DNA of 57,017 nucleotides from Myxococcota bacterium. Lineage in GTDB: Bacteria; Myxococcota_A; UBA9160; UBA4427. Shown piece after piece: positions 19,540-29,101 of the stretch. Position numbers and translations under genes: made by a program. Numbering within the stretch: position 1 is the stretch's first letter; each line of letters begins with the position of its first letter. Under the pieces are notes generated by a model. It did not search any database. It was not told the origin of the DNA and was given only the letters and a program-made list of their open reading frames with translations. The stretch spans positions 1-57,017 of the forward strand of contig JAYZFK010000071.1 in NCBI GenBank assembly GCA_036336835.1, written 5' to 3'.

Positions 19540-20619
19540 GTGACGATCGATCGCGATTGCGGACCCGAGGGCTGCCAGCTCGACTGGCTGGTCAGCCCCC
19601 GCCTCGAGGTCGACGCCGACCCGGTGGCGTTCACCAAGTTCGCGACCGATGCGGGCTGGGGCGATGGGCTTCCGTTGATCCAGCCAACAGAGCAGCGGGT
19701 GCGCGACTTCGTCGCCGCGTCGGGTCGCTTTCCCGACGATCATCTCGGCGATCTCCCTCCGCGAACCGGTCGCTGCACCGTCGAGAAGGTGGCGATCAAC
19801 GCCGTGATGGCGGGCGCACCGGCCAACTCGATGCCGCTGCTGTGCGCCTCGCTCGAGGCGATGAACGAGCCCGACCACAACCTGTTCGCACTCAACACGA
19901 CGACCTGCTGCGTCGTGCCGGGTGTGTTCGTGAACGGACCGTCGCGCGACGAGCTCGGCATCCCCTACGGCCCGGGCTGCTTCGGCGGCGAGGCGGGGCC
20001 GGCGCCCGCCATCGGGCGCGCGATCCGACTGGTGATGCGCAACGTGGGCGGCCAGGTGGTCGGCCAGAGCTCGAAGAGCGTGTTCGGACAGCCGGCGCGC
20101 GTCACCGGCGTGGTGGTCGCCGAGTGGGAGGAGCGCTCGCCGTGGGCCCCCCTCGCCGAGCGCCGCGGCGTCGCGGGCGATGCGGTCACGGTGAAGGATG
20201 TCACCGGAACGATCGACGTGGCGGACATCAGCGCCAGAAGCGGTGCCGAGCTGCTCGAGATCATCGGCAAGTCCCTGGCCTTCCCGGGCACCAACGCCTT
20301 CATCGGTCACGACGCACTGGACGCCGAGATCCTGGTCGCGATCGCACCGCCCTGGGCCGACCGGATCGCAGCGGAGTTTCCCGACATCGAGACCGTGGCG
20401 GAGACGTTGCGCCAGCACGCCGCACTGCCGCTCGACTGGTGGCCGGCGACGCATCGCGAGATCCTGGCCGACAGCAACCGGATAGACGACTCCGGCCGCG
20501 TCAGTCTGCTGGCCACCCCGGAGCAGATGATGGTGATCGTCTGCGGCGGACTGGCCAATCTGCACGCCCTGGCCATCCACAGCTTCGGCCCGACCAAGGC
20601 CGTGACGCGACCCTTCTGA
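19540..20619 (+). CDS. Conserved uncharacterised partner of the UGSC selenoprotein (GWGDGLP-motif protein)
   Basis: GTG 19540 with AGGAG 7 nt upstream; motifs GWGDGLPLIQPT, TVEKVAINAVMAG, IGRAIRLVMRNVGG, EWEERSPW; Cys pairs DCGPEGC and TTTCC. Confidence 0.8.
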   Translation: MTIDRDCGPEGCQLDWLVSPRLEVDADPVAFTKFATDAGWGDGLPLIQPTEQRVRDFVAASGRFPDDHLGDLPPRTGRCTVEKVAINAVMAGAPANSMPLLCASLEAMNEPDHNLFALNTTTCCVVPGVFVNGPSRDELGIPYGPGCFGGEAGPAPAIGRAIRLVMRNVGGQVVGQSSKSVFGQPARVTGVVVAEWEERSPWAPLAERRGVAGDAVTVKDVTGTIDVADISARSGAELLEIIGKSLAFPGTNAFIGHDALDAEILVAIAPPWADRIAAEFPDIETVAETLRQHAALPLDWWPATHREILADSNRIDDSGRVSLLATPEQMMVIVCGGLANLHALAIHSFGPTKAVTRPF

Positions 20620-20645
20620 TCGCGCTGCCGGGAGCCCGAGAAACC

Positions 20646-22169
20646 ATGGACGCCGAACGCACGCCGGTCATCGCCGCCGTCGGACAGGCCATCGAGCGCA
20701 ACGAGATCGTCGACGCCGTCGAGCTCGCGGCGCGCGCGTCGCAGGCCGCGCTGGACCAGGCCGCGGACCTGCGCCGGCGCATCCAGCGCGTGAGCATGAT
20801 CTCGGTGGTGTTCTCGCCAGTGAGCGCGAGACCTGCGAGCGAGCTGGTCGAGCGCCTGGGCCTCAAGGAGGTCGAAGTCGAGGCGACGACCGCGGGCGGC
20901 AACCTGCCCCAATGGATGGTGACACGCGCAGCCCGAGACATCGCCGAGGGCCGGCTGGACGCGACGCTGATCGCGGGCGCCGAGGCCACGCGCTCGCTGC
21001 GCGCCGGCGACCCCGACGCGGACTTCATGCGTACGCACGCCATCGATGGCGACGAGGCGGCGGCGGACCCGGTGATCGGCCCGCCGATCACCGGCATGAT
21101 GGGCGACCCGGAGCTCGCGATCGGACTGGTCCGCCCGACCGAGCTGTATCCCCTGTTCGAGAACGCGCTCGCGCACCAGGCGGGCCGAAGCTTCGAGCAG
21201 CAACGCGCTCATCTCGGACCGCTGATGGCCCGCTTCTCACAGGTGGCCGCGGGACATCCATTCGCCTGGTTCAGGGAAGCGCTCTCGGCCGAAGCGATCT
21301 CGACGGTCAGCGAGACCAACCGACTGATCGCGGAGCCCTATCCGAAACAGATGAACGCGTTCCCGAACGTGGATCAGGCGGCGGCTGTCGTCGTGACGTC
21401 GCTGGCAACGGCGCGCTCGCTCGGGCTCGACGATCACTGCTGCTTCGTCTGGTCCGGCGCCACCAATACTGAGCCGACGACCACGGCGCGTCCCGATCTT
21501 TCGGAGGCCCCGGCAATGCGAGCGGCCTCGAGCGCCGCGCTCGAGGCCGCGGGGATCGGCGCCGACGACCTGGCGTTGATCGACCTCTACTCGTGCTTCC
21601 CGGTGGCGGTCGAGGTGGGCGCGGCGGCGCTCGGCATCGAGCTCGACGATCCGCGCGGGCTGACGGTAACCGGGGGCCTGCCCTTCTTCGGCGGCCCGGG
21701 CAACAACTACTCGATGCACGCCATCGCGACGATCGCGGAGCGGCTTCCCGAGATGGGCGGGCTCGCCTACGTCGGCGCCAACGGCGGGCTGCTCTCCAAG
21801 CACTCGATCGGGGTCTACGGCAGCGAGCCACCGCCGCGAGGCTTCACCGCGGCCGACACCCGAACGCAGCAGGCGGGCATCGATGCGACCGCGCTTCCCA
21901 CGGCAACTCCGGCCGACGGCGTCGACGGCCCCGCTCGAGTCGTGGCCTCGACGGTCGTCTACCAGCGGGATGGCAGCGTCTCGGATGCGCCGGTGGTGGC
22001 CACGCTCGATGACGGCCGGCGGGTCGCGGCGAGGGCGGACGAATCCTTCCGCAGTTCGCTTGCCGGAATCAGTCTGATCGGCGCCCGGGTGCGGGTCTCC
22101 GGCGACCCGCTGACCTACGTTATCGATACGATCGATGGAGTCGACAGACTCGGCCAGGAGGAAGAGTGA
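20646..22169 (+). CDS. Thiolase-like protein (non-canonical acetyl-CoA acetyltransferase family) with C-terminal extension
   Basis: ATG 20646; PVIAAVGQ, GGNLPQ, GAEA, NVDQAAA, DLYSCFPVAV, GGLPFFGGPGNNYSMHAI, GANGGLLSKHS. Confidence 0.85.
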   Translation: MDAERTPVIAAVGQAIERNEIVDAVELAARASQAALDQAADLRRRIQRVSMISVVFSPVSARPASELVERLGLKEVEVEATTAGGNLPQWMVTRAARDIAEGRLDATLIAGAEATRSLRAGDPDADFMRTHAIDGDEAAADPVIGPPITGMMGDPELAIGLVRPTELYPLFENALAHQAGRSFEQQRAHLGPLMARFSQVAAGHPFAWFREALSAEAISTVSETNRLIAEPYPKQMNAFPNVDQAAAVVVTSLATARSLGLDDHCCFVWSGATNTEPTTTARPDLSEAPAMRAASSAALEAAGIGADDLALIDLYSCFPVAVEVGAAALGIELDDPRGLTVTGGLPFFGGPGNNYSMHAIATIAERLPEMGGLAYVGANGGLLSKHSIGVYGSEPPPRGFTAADTRTQQAGIDATALPTATPADGVDGPARVVASTVVYQRDGSVSDAPVVATLDDGRRVAARADESFRSSLAGISLIGARVRVSGDPLTYVIDTIDGVDRLGQEEE

Positions 22170-22957
22170 TCCGCGAAGACCTTGGTACGAAATATCTGCG
22201 ATTCGAACGCGACGACCATATCGCGACCCTCACCATCGACCGGCCCAAGGCCCGCAACGCGCTCTCGAGCGCCATGTACTTCGGCATCAAACGAGCGGTC
22301 CAGGTCGTCAACAGCTACGACGATCCCGTCGCCCTGATCGTAACGGGCACCGGAGACGTATTCGCGCCCGGCGGCGAGCTCCGAGGGCAGCAAGACGATG
22401 CCTATCCGGAGCTCGACATCCTGACCGCCGCCGACGTCATTCCGTTCGAGGCAGTGCGCCAGAGTCCCGCGCCCATCGTCTCGGCGGTGAACGGCATCTG
22501 TCAGGGAGGCGGACTGCTGGTGGCCATGCTGTCCGATGTCGCGGTGGCGAGCGAGCGCGCGACGTTTCGCGCACCCGAGGTGCTGCGGGGCATCGCGGAC
22601 ATGGGCTACGCCGCCTATCTCCCGCCCCAGGTGGGGATCGCGATGGCGCGAGACATGCTCGTCACCGGACGCAGGCTCGACGCCGATGAGGCGCTGGCCT
22701 GCGGGCTGGTGAGCCGCAAGGTGAAGCACGACGAGCTGATGCCCGAGGCGATCCAGGCGGCCGAGAACATGCTGCAAGGAGCGCCACACGCGCGCTTCGA
22801 GGTCAAGCGCGTGATCAATGCCGGCTACGGGCTGGTGGACTACATGACCTTCTACGACTCGCTCAAGACCGACGAATGCCGCGAGGGCATGCTCTCGTTC
22901 GCCGAGAAACGCGCGCCGGACTGGGTGCCGGAGAAGCTGAAGATCGGCCGCATGTAG
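22166..22957 (+). CDS. Enoyl-CoA hydratase/isomerase family
   Basis: IDRPKARNAL, FAPGGEL, AVNGICQGGG, APE, FAEKRAP; 4-nt overlap with the upstream gene. Confidence 0.9.
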   Translation: MIREDLGTKYLRFERDDHIATLTIDRPKARNALSSAMYFGIKRAVQVVNSYDDPVALIVTGTGDVFAPGGELRGQQDDAYPELDILTAADVIPFEAVRQSPAPIVSAVNGICQGGGLLVAMLSDVAVASERATFRAPEVLRGIADMGYAAYLPPQVGIAMARDMLVTGRRLDADEALACGLVSRKVKHDELMPEAIQAAENMLQGAPHARFEVKRVINAGYGLVDYMTFYDSLKTDECREGMLSFAEKRAPDWVPEKLKIGRM

Positions 22958-22996
22958 CCGCGCAACGCGGACCCCGGCCAGAACTGGAGACAAGCG

Positions 22997-24685
22997 ATGG
23001 GCTACGACCTGATCATTCGCGGTGGACGCGTCGTCGACGGCACCGGTCTCAAGGCCTACTCGGCGGATGTCGCCGTACAGGACGGCCGCATCGCCCGAAT
23101 CGGCCGCGTCGATGCCGACGCCGAGCGCGTGTTCGACGCCAAGGGGCTCGTGGTCGCTCCGGGCTTCATCGACATCCACACCCACTACGACGTGCAGCTC
23201 GACTGGGATCCGATCGCGACCCCCTCGTCGTGGCACGGCGTCACCACCGTGATGGCCGGCAACTGCGGCTTCACGCTGGCGCCGGCGAAGCCGGACGATG
23301 TGGACTGGCTGGCCGGCATGCTGAGCCGCGTCGAGGGCATGTCGCGCGCCGCGCTGGGCGAGGGGCTGCGCTTTCGCGGCGGCAGCTTCGCGGACTTCTG
23401 GAGCCGCTTCGAGGGCAAGATCGGCGTCAACGTCGGCGGCTACGTCGGCCACTCTGCGGTGCGCCGCTACGTGATGGGCGACGACGCATCCGAGCGCGAA
23501 GCCAGCGCGGAAGAGATCGAGGCGATGAAGGAGCTCGTGCGCCAGGCCATGCGCGAGGGCGCGATCGGCTTCTCGACCTCGCAGCTCGACATCCACATCG
23601 GCGAAGACGGACGTGAGGTCCCGTCGAACCACGCCTCGGCGGAAGAAGTAGTGGCCCTGTGCGGCGTGCTCGCCGAGTTCGACTACGGAGCGATCGAGAT
23701 CATTCCCCACAGCTTCGCGGCCGGCTACGACGAGGCCGATCGCAAGCTGCTGAGCGACATCTATCACGCGTCCGGCAAGCCGGTCGAGCTCAACCCGCTG
23801 ATTCCCAGCACCACCTATCCCATGGGCTGGCAAGCGACCCTCGAATTCGTGAGCGAGATGGCCGACCAGGGCGTGCGGCTGCACCCGATGTGCTCGGTCA
23901 ACCGGCTCGAAGCGCACCTGCGCCTGCGCGACACCTTCCTGTTCGACGAGAGCCCGCTCTGGCGCGAGACCCTCTGCCTGCCCGAGCCCGACCGGAGCAA
24001 CGCCCTGCGCGACCCGGCCGTGCGCGAGCAGCTTCGTTTGGCGAACGAGGATCCGACCGGCCGCGCGTTCACCATGGACTTCGAACGTCTCGTCGTCGAG
24101 CAGGCAACGACCGCGGCAAACAAGGCCCTCGAGGGACGCAGCATCGGCGAGATCGCCAAGGAGCGCGGGACCAGCCCGATCGACTGCTTCTTCGACCTGT
24201 CGCTGTCCGAAGATCTCGCGATGAACTTCTACTCCGAGATGGACGAGACGGCGATGCAGTTCATCAACCACATCAACCGGGAGGCCGTCGCCCACCCGAT
24301 GGTGATGGCGGGCTCGAGCGACGGTGGCGCCCACCTCGCCTCGTTCTGCGGCGCCGACTATTCGACGCGCCTGCTGTCGGAGTTCGTGCCGGATCCGCTG
24401 ACGCTCGAGCAGGCGGTCTATCGCCTCACGGGCATGCCCGCGACGGTGCACGGCCTGAGGGACCGCGGAACACTGCGCGTCGGCGCCAAGGCCGACATCG
24501 TGTGCTTCGACGCAGCAAAGCTGCGCGCGAGCCGCGCCTATCTCGTCGAGGATTTCCCGGCGAGCTCGAGCCGCTATGTGGTCGACTCGGAGGGCTATCG
24601 ACTGACCGTCGTGAACGGGCAGATCCTGATCGAGGATGGCGAGTACACGGGCGCCCTGCCGGGCGAGCTGCTGAACGGGGCGTAG
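22997..24685 (+). CDS. N-acyl-D-amino-acid deacylase-like amidohydrolase
   Basis: IRGGRVVDGTG, PGFIDIHTHYD, GNCG, SDGGAH, RDRG, ADIVCFD. Confidence 0.9.
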   Translation: MGYDLIIRGGRVVDGTGLKAYSADVAVQDGRIARIGRVDADAERVFDAKGLVVAPGFIDIHTHYDVQLDWDPIATPSSWHGVTTVMAGNCGFTLAPAKPDDVDWLAGMLSRVEGMSRAALGEGLRFRGGSFADFWSRFEGKIGVNVGGYVGHSAVRRYVMGDDASEREASAEEIEAMKELVRQAMREGAIGFSTSQLDIHIGEDGREVPSNHASAEEVVALCGVLAEFDYGAIEIIPHSFAAGYDEADRKLLSDIYHASGKPVELNPLIPSTTYPMGWQATLEFVSEMADQGVRLHPMCSVNRLEAHLRLRDTFLFDESPLWRETLCLPEPDRSNALRDPAVREQLRLANEDPTGRAFTMDFERLVVEQATTAANKALEGRSIGEIAKERGTSPIDCFFDLSLSEDLAMNFYSEMDETAMQFINHINREAVAHPMVMAGSSDGGAHLASFCGADYSTRLLSEFVPDPLTLEQAVYRLTGMPATVHGLRDRGTLRVGAKADIVCFDAAKLRASRAYLVEDFPASSSRYVVDSEGYRLTVVNGQILIEDGEYTGALPGELLNGA

Positions 24686-24691
24686 CCCGAC

Positions 24692-25534
24692 ATGCCTGCG
24701 AAACGACTCGCGGTGATCACGGGCGGCGGCGGTGACATGGGGCTGGCCTGCGCGCGTCGGCTGGGAGCGACACACCGACTGCTGCTCGCCGAGATCGACG
24801 CGAAGCGGCTCGAGCACGCGCTCGAGCAGCTCGCCGAGGCCGGGCTCGATGCCGAGGGCGAGACGCTCGACGTCTCGGAGCCGAGCGCGCTGCAAGCGCT
24901 GGCCGAGCACGTCGCGTCACTCGGCGAGCTCGGTGCGCTGGTGCATACCGCGGGGCTGTCTCCGACGATGGCGGACGGGGATCGCATCTGGTCGGTCAAC
25001 CTGGTCGGCAGCGCCCAGCTGATGGAGGCCTTCCGACCGCTGTGTCGGGCCGCGAGCGTCGCGGTGCTGATCGCATCGCAGGCGGGCCACTTCGCCCGCG
25101 ACACGGCCGCGCCCGAGCTCACCGATCTGCTCGACGACCCGCTCGCGCCGGACCTGCTCGGGCGACTCGAAGCGCTGAACCCCGGCCTGCTCGAGCCGGG
25201 TGGCGCCTACGGTGGCTCGAAATACGGCGTGATCCGGCTGGCCGAGCGCGAGGCCGTGCCCTGGGGCGCGCGCGGCGGCCGCGTCGTATCGCTGTCGCCC
25301 GGCATCATCGACACCGGCATGGGCAAGCAGGAGTACGCAGCTCAGCCGATGATGGCCGTGATGGTCGAGAAGACGCCACTCGGCCGGATGGGCACCGAAG
25401 ACGAGATCGCGGCAGTGGTCGAGTTCCTCTGCTCGGACGCCGCCTCGTTCGTCACCGGCACGGACATCCTGGTCGACGGGGGCAGCACCGGAGCCATGCG
25501 GTCGATCATCCAGGGTGCGCAGGGCGGAGACTGA
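24692..25534 (+). CDS. SDR family oxidoreductase
   Basis: TGGGGDMG, HTAG, YGGSK, SPGIIDT, VDGG. Confidence 0.9.
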   Translation: MPAKRLAVITGGGGDMGLACARRLGATHRLLLAEIDAKRLEHALEQLAEAGLDAEGETLDVSEPSALQALAEHVASLGELGALVHTAGLSPTMADGDRIWSVNLVGSAQLMEAFRPLCRAASVAVLIASQAGHFARDTAAPELTDLLDDPLAPDLLGRLEALNPGLLEPGGAYGGSKYGVIRLAEREAVPWGARGGRVVSLSPGIIDTGMGKQEYAAQPMMAVMVEKTPLGRMGTEDEIAAVVEFLCSDAASFVTGTDILVDGGSTGAMRSIIQGAQGGD

Positions 25535-25537
25535 CCC

Positions 25538-25939
25538 ATGGCCGAACCGAACCGGGACGCGTCGACGGAAGCAGACGACCTGCGGCAAATCATGGCGCTG
25601 CTCGCCGACTACTGTCTGACGCTCGACGAGGGACGCTTCGAGGACCACCTCGCGCTCTACGACGACAGCTGTCGGCTCCACGTCTTCGGCAAGGACTTCG
25701 AGGGCCGGGAGCGAATCGACCGCTTCATGCGACGAGCGCATCGCGGCAAGCACCTCGCGGGCGTTCCCCACATCCGTCTCGACGGAGACACCGCGTCCAG
25801 CACCTCGGACTTCGTCTTCTTCCGCCACGACATGCAGCTGAACAGCTGCGGCAGCTACCGAGACGAGTTCGTTCGCACGCCCGAGGGCTGGCGCTTCTGC
25901 GTTCGCCGCATCGAGATCCAGCTGCGCGCAGAGGACTAG
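25538..25939 (+). CDS. SnoaL-like/NTF2 family protein
   Basis: YCLTLD, GSYRDEFVRTPEGWRF..RRI. Confidence 0.82.
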   Translation: MAEPNRDASTEADDLRQIMALLADYCLTLDEGRFEDHLALYDDSCRLHVFGKDFEGRERIDRFMRRAHRGKHLAGVPHIRLDGDTASSTSDFVFFRHDMQLNSCGSYRDEFVRTPEGWRFCVRRIEIQLRAED

Positions 25940-27837
25940 CCGCCGTCGGGCGAGTACCAGATCGGCGAGGTCCAGGCGCGCTCCTGGATCGGCCGGCTCG
26001 CCTCGGCATCGCGACACACTTCGGGCCGGCCGTCCTTCGGCAGCCGCAGGCAATCGTGCGCCAGCCAGCGACAGCTCGGGTTCTCGACCACGCGCGCGTA
26101 GTAGGCCGCCGCCTGCGCCGAGTCGAAAGCGGGATCGCTCCAGACGGCACACAGCTGGTCGGCACCCGGGCCCCGCGGCTCGCAGGTGTCCGGATCGACG
26201 GAAGCGCCGTTGTGCGCTTCGCCCACCACGTCGTACACCCGCTGCTCGATCGCTCCGTCCTCTGCCGGCCAGACCTTGATGATCTGGATGCGCTGGAGCG
26301 CGGTGCCCGGTCGCCCCGGTGACCCCGGGTCGCGCAGCGCGCGCACCGCGAAGGTCGGCGCGCCCTGCTCGCCCGCACGCTTGGCGAGCACGCCACCCAT
26401 CGGTACTCCGCGCGCATAGCCCTGTGCAACGAAGTCCGGCTCGTCGCACAGAGCCGCGGGAAGCCCCCCGCTCCAACCGCCGAACAGCCGCACCGTCATC
26501 CGGGGACCGCTGGTGCCGTACGTCTCGCGCCGCCGCATGGCAGCGAACAACGCCTCGCGCGAGTTCTCCTCGGCCCAGACGGCAGCCAGGCCGCCCGGCC
26601 CGTTGACGGTGTTGCGCACCTGGAGACCGCTCGAGGTCCGCGCCGCAAAGCTGGCGTCGCGGTTGCCCACGTGGCCCTGCCAGTCCCACTCGGCCACTTG
26701 TCCCGCATTGCCGTTGTGGGCATCGGTCGCCGCGACCAGGCCGTACTGATAGGGGTTCACACCCAGCCGCTGCTGCTCGGCGATGCCGATCGCGAGCCCA
26801 TAACGCGCATAGCCACCGGCGTCGGTGCAACGCACGGCATTGCCCACGATGGCTTCGCCGCCCGTGCACTCGGGCATCTGGGCTGGAAACAACTTCTCGA
26901 ACTCGCAGAGCTCGTCGGCGCCCCCGAGCACCCGCGACAGACCGTTGCGGCACTCGGAGTCGCCCTTGTGCTGCATCACCTCGACGAGCGGCTCGAGTGC
27001 GCGGATGCGCTGCGCCTGCGCGAGCTCGGATTCGCCCGGTTCGTAGACGCTGGTCCACATCTGGCCCTGGCTGGTGTTCGAGTTGTGCGGAATCACCAGT
27101 ACGTCGCAATCGCCCTCGGCCTGCAGACAATCGCGCTCGAGGTGCCGGCGCAGATCGCGCGGGCGTGGAAACCACGCGGAGCTCGCGGGCGGCGTCGCCG
27201 TGGCGTTGCGGAAGATCACGTTGCGGTGCAGCAGCGGACCGCCGCGCGCGCCCGACCACTCGTAGGCGACGAAAGTGGTGAACTCACAGCGCGACGTCTC
27301 GTCCAGATGACTGGCCGCCGCCTCGCGGATCTGGCGCCACGGACCCGCCATCGCCTCGATGCACACCCTGCCCTCTTCGCCGCACAGTGCGTCGTGGATC
27401 TCGCGGCGCGGCGGCACGTCCGCCGGCCGCTTGAACGCCGGCGTGGCGGGCAGCCGATGCGAGAGCCGGCACCACTCGCCGTCGTAGAGTGGATGGCCGG
27501 GCACGTTGCAGATCGCCGCGACGCCCATCCACTCCGCGTGGTCGGTAACGGCGGCGAAGTCGAGCGGCCGAGCGAGCTGGATCGTCTGCGTGCCCGCTCC
27601 GTCTGCGTCGAGCGGCGCAATCGCGATCGCCTCGCCGCGCGCAAAGCGATACGCCTGGTCCGGGGTCGTCCGCACGTCGGAGCGCCACGCATCGCTCGAC
27701 AAGCCCGTGTGCACGTGCAGCTCGCCCCAGTAGGCGTTGCGTTCGGGGCTTCGGTCGGCGCAGGGCTCGCCCGAAGCAGCACTCGCGCTCGCGGACGATG
27801 CCAGGCAGACGATGAGCACGAGTCGGTCGGGTCGCAC
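25936..27837 (-). CDS. Secreted DUF3604 (PHP-like metallo-fold) protein
   Basis: GTG 27837 after GGGAGG, with a signal peptide; WGELHVHT, DFAAVTDHAE, LHRNVIFR, IPHNSN, HKGDSEC, RRETYGTSGPR, IQERAWTSPIWY. Confidence 0.88.
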   Translation of the reverse strand: MRPDRLVLIVCLASSASASAASGEPCADRSPERNAYWGELHVHTGLSSDAWRSDVRTTPDQAYRFARGEAIAIAPLDADGAGTQTIQLARPLDFAAVTDHAEWMGVAAICNVPGHPLYDGEWCRLSHRLPATPAFKRPADVPPRREIHDALCGEEGRVCIEAMAGPWRQIREAAASHLDETSRCEFTTFVAYEWSGARGGPLLHRNVIFRNATATPPASSAWFPRPRDLRRHLERDCLQAEGDCDVLVIPHNSNTSQGQMWTSVYEPGESELAQAQRIRALEPLVEVMQHKGDSECRNGLSRVLGGADELCEFEKLFPAQMPECTGGEAIVGNAVRCTDAGGYARYGLAIGIAEQQRLGVNPYQYGLVAATDAHNGNAGQVAEWDWQGHVGNRDASFAARTSSGLQVRNTVNGPGGLAAVWAEENSREALFAAMRRRETYGTSGPRMTVRLFGGWSGGLPAALCDEPDFVAQGYARGVPMGGVLAKRAGEQGAPTFAVRALRDPGSPGRPGTALQRIQIIKVWPAEDGAIEQRVYDVVGEAHNGASVDPDTCEPRGPGADQLCAVWSDPAFDSAQAAAYYARVVENPSCRWLAHDCLRLPKDGRPEVCRDAEASRPIQERAWTSPIWYSPDGG

Positions 27838-27969
27838 GAGTCCTCCCTGCTGTCTCGGACTGCGCGACGCTACGAGCTGGCCCATCGACCTGTCAAGCAA
27901 GCCACCGGGCGGGATCGGCGCCGCGTAGAATGATACGCCAACCGAGTTCTGCATCCCGAGGAAGCCAGC

Positions 27970-29064
27970 ATGAACGACGACGACGCGGTCCGGCGCCCCG
28001 ATGACGCGCGCGCCTGGGACGACTTCTGCGAGCGGCTCAAGGCGGCCGGGCACCGAGCACTCGACGCGGCCCCGGATGACGCCCTCGACCGCGCGGAAGG
28101 CCTTCGCTATGTGAGCCGGCTCGCGCGCAGCTTCCTGCGGAACGCCACCGAGACCACGCAGCCCGCCCGGCTCGCACTCGGCCACGCGGAATCTCCGAAG
28201 ATCGGCCTCGACAATCCGGACTACATCTACTGCGGCGCGAGCCTCGACCCGAGCGCGACCTACCGGCTCCGCGGCGAGCTCGGCGACGCTCACCTGCTCG
28301 GCATCGGCAGCTTCTCGGGCGCACTCGGCACGCCGGAGGGGCTGCAGCGCGACGGCTACCTGGAGAGCGGGGCGTTGACGCTCGATGCCGACGGCGGCTT
28401 CGAGATCACCATCAGCCAGACCGAGCAGCCGGGCGACTGGCTGCCGATGGGAGCCCGGACCAATGCGCTCAACGTGCGGCAGACCCTGCTGCGCCGCGCC
28501 GAGCAACGCCAGGCACCGCTCGAGCTCGAGCGCCTGGGCGAGGCGCAAGCACCCCCGCCGCTCGACCCGGCCCGGTTCTCACAGGCCCTCGATCGCACCG
28601 GAAGGGTGCTCGAGGGAACGGTCGCCCAGTTTCTCGGCTGGACGGCTTCGTTCCAGGCGCACCGTCACGAGATCCGCCCGCTCGACCCGAAGCTGCTGTC
28701 CGTGGCGCAGGGCGACCCGAACACCAGCTACCACTACAGCTACTGGGAGCTGGCCGAGGACGAGGCCTTCGTGATCGACCTCGATCCCCCCGAATGCGAA
28801 TACTGGAACCTGCAGATCGGCAACCACTGGCTCGAATCTCTCGACTTCATGAGCTTCCAGACTCACCTGAACCACGAGACGGCCGTCGCCGATGCAAACG
28901 GGCACGTGCGCATCGTGGTCGCCCGCCGCGATCCGGCCACCGCGAACTGGCTCGACACCGCGGGGCACGCGCGGGGCGCGCTCGCCCTGCGCTGGGTGGG
29001 AGCCCGCGAGATCCCGGAGCCGCGCACTCAGGTGGTGCCAATCTCGTCGCTGGCAACGAGCTAG
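27970..29064 (+). CDS. DUF1214-domain protein
   Basis: AEGLRY, IGLDNPDYIY, ADGGFEI, YWNLQIGNHWLESLDF, NWLDTAGH. Confidence 0.8.
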   Translation: MNDDDAVRRPDDARAWDDFCERLKAAGHRALDAAPDDALDRAEGLRYVSRLARSFLRNATETTQPARLALGHAESPKIGLDNPDYIYCGASLDPSATYRLRGELGDAHLLGIGSFSGALGTPEGLQRDGYLESGALTLDADGGFEITISQTEQPGDWLPMGARTNALNVRQTLLRRAEQRQAPLELERLGEAQAPPPLDPARFSQALDRTGRVLEGTVAQFLGWTASFQAHRHEIRPLDPKLLSVAQGDPNTSYHYSYWELAEDEAFVIDLDPPECEYWNLQIGNHWLESLDFMSFQTHLNHETAVADANGHVRIVVARRDPATANWLDTAGHARGALALRWVGAREIPEPRTQVVPISSLATS

Positions 29065-29101
29065 CGGCGGCCGCCCCTGCCGCCAGGGTGCGGGAAGCGC
29101 C

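Noticed and set aside
19142..19543. 133-aa alternative-frame ORF filling the gap after the TGA
   Set aside because: Arg-rich and off-frame in composition; the read-through frame is the protein-like one.
19557..22169. Apparent 870-aa fusion ORF (similarly 3560-5464, 25936-28548, 7901-9235)
   Set aside because: The N-terminal parts overlap genuine genes in other frames. The real starts are internal (20646, 4598, 27837, 8812).
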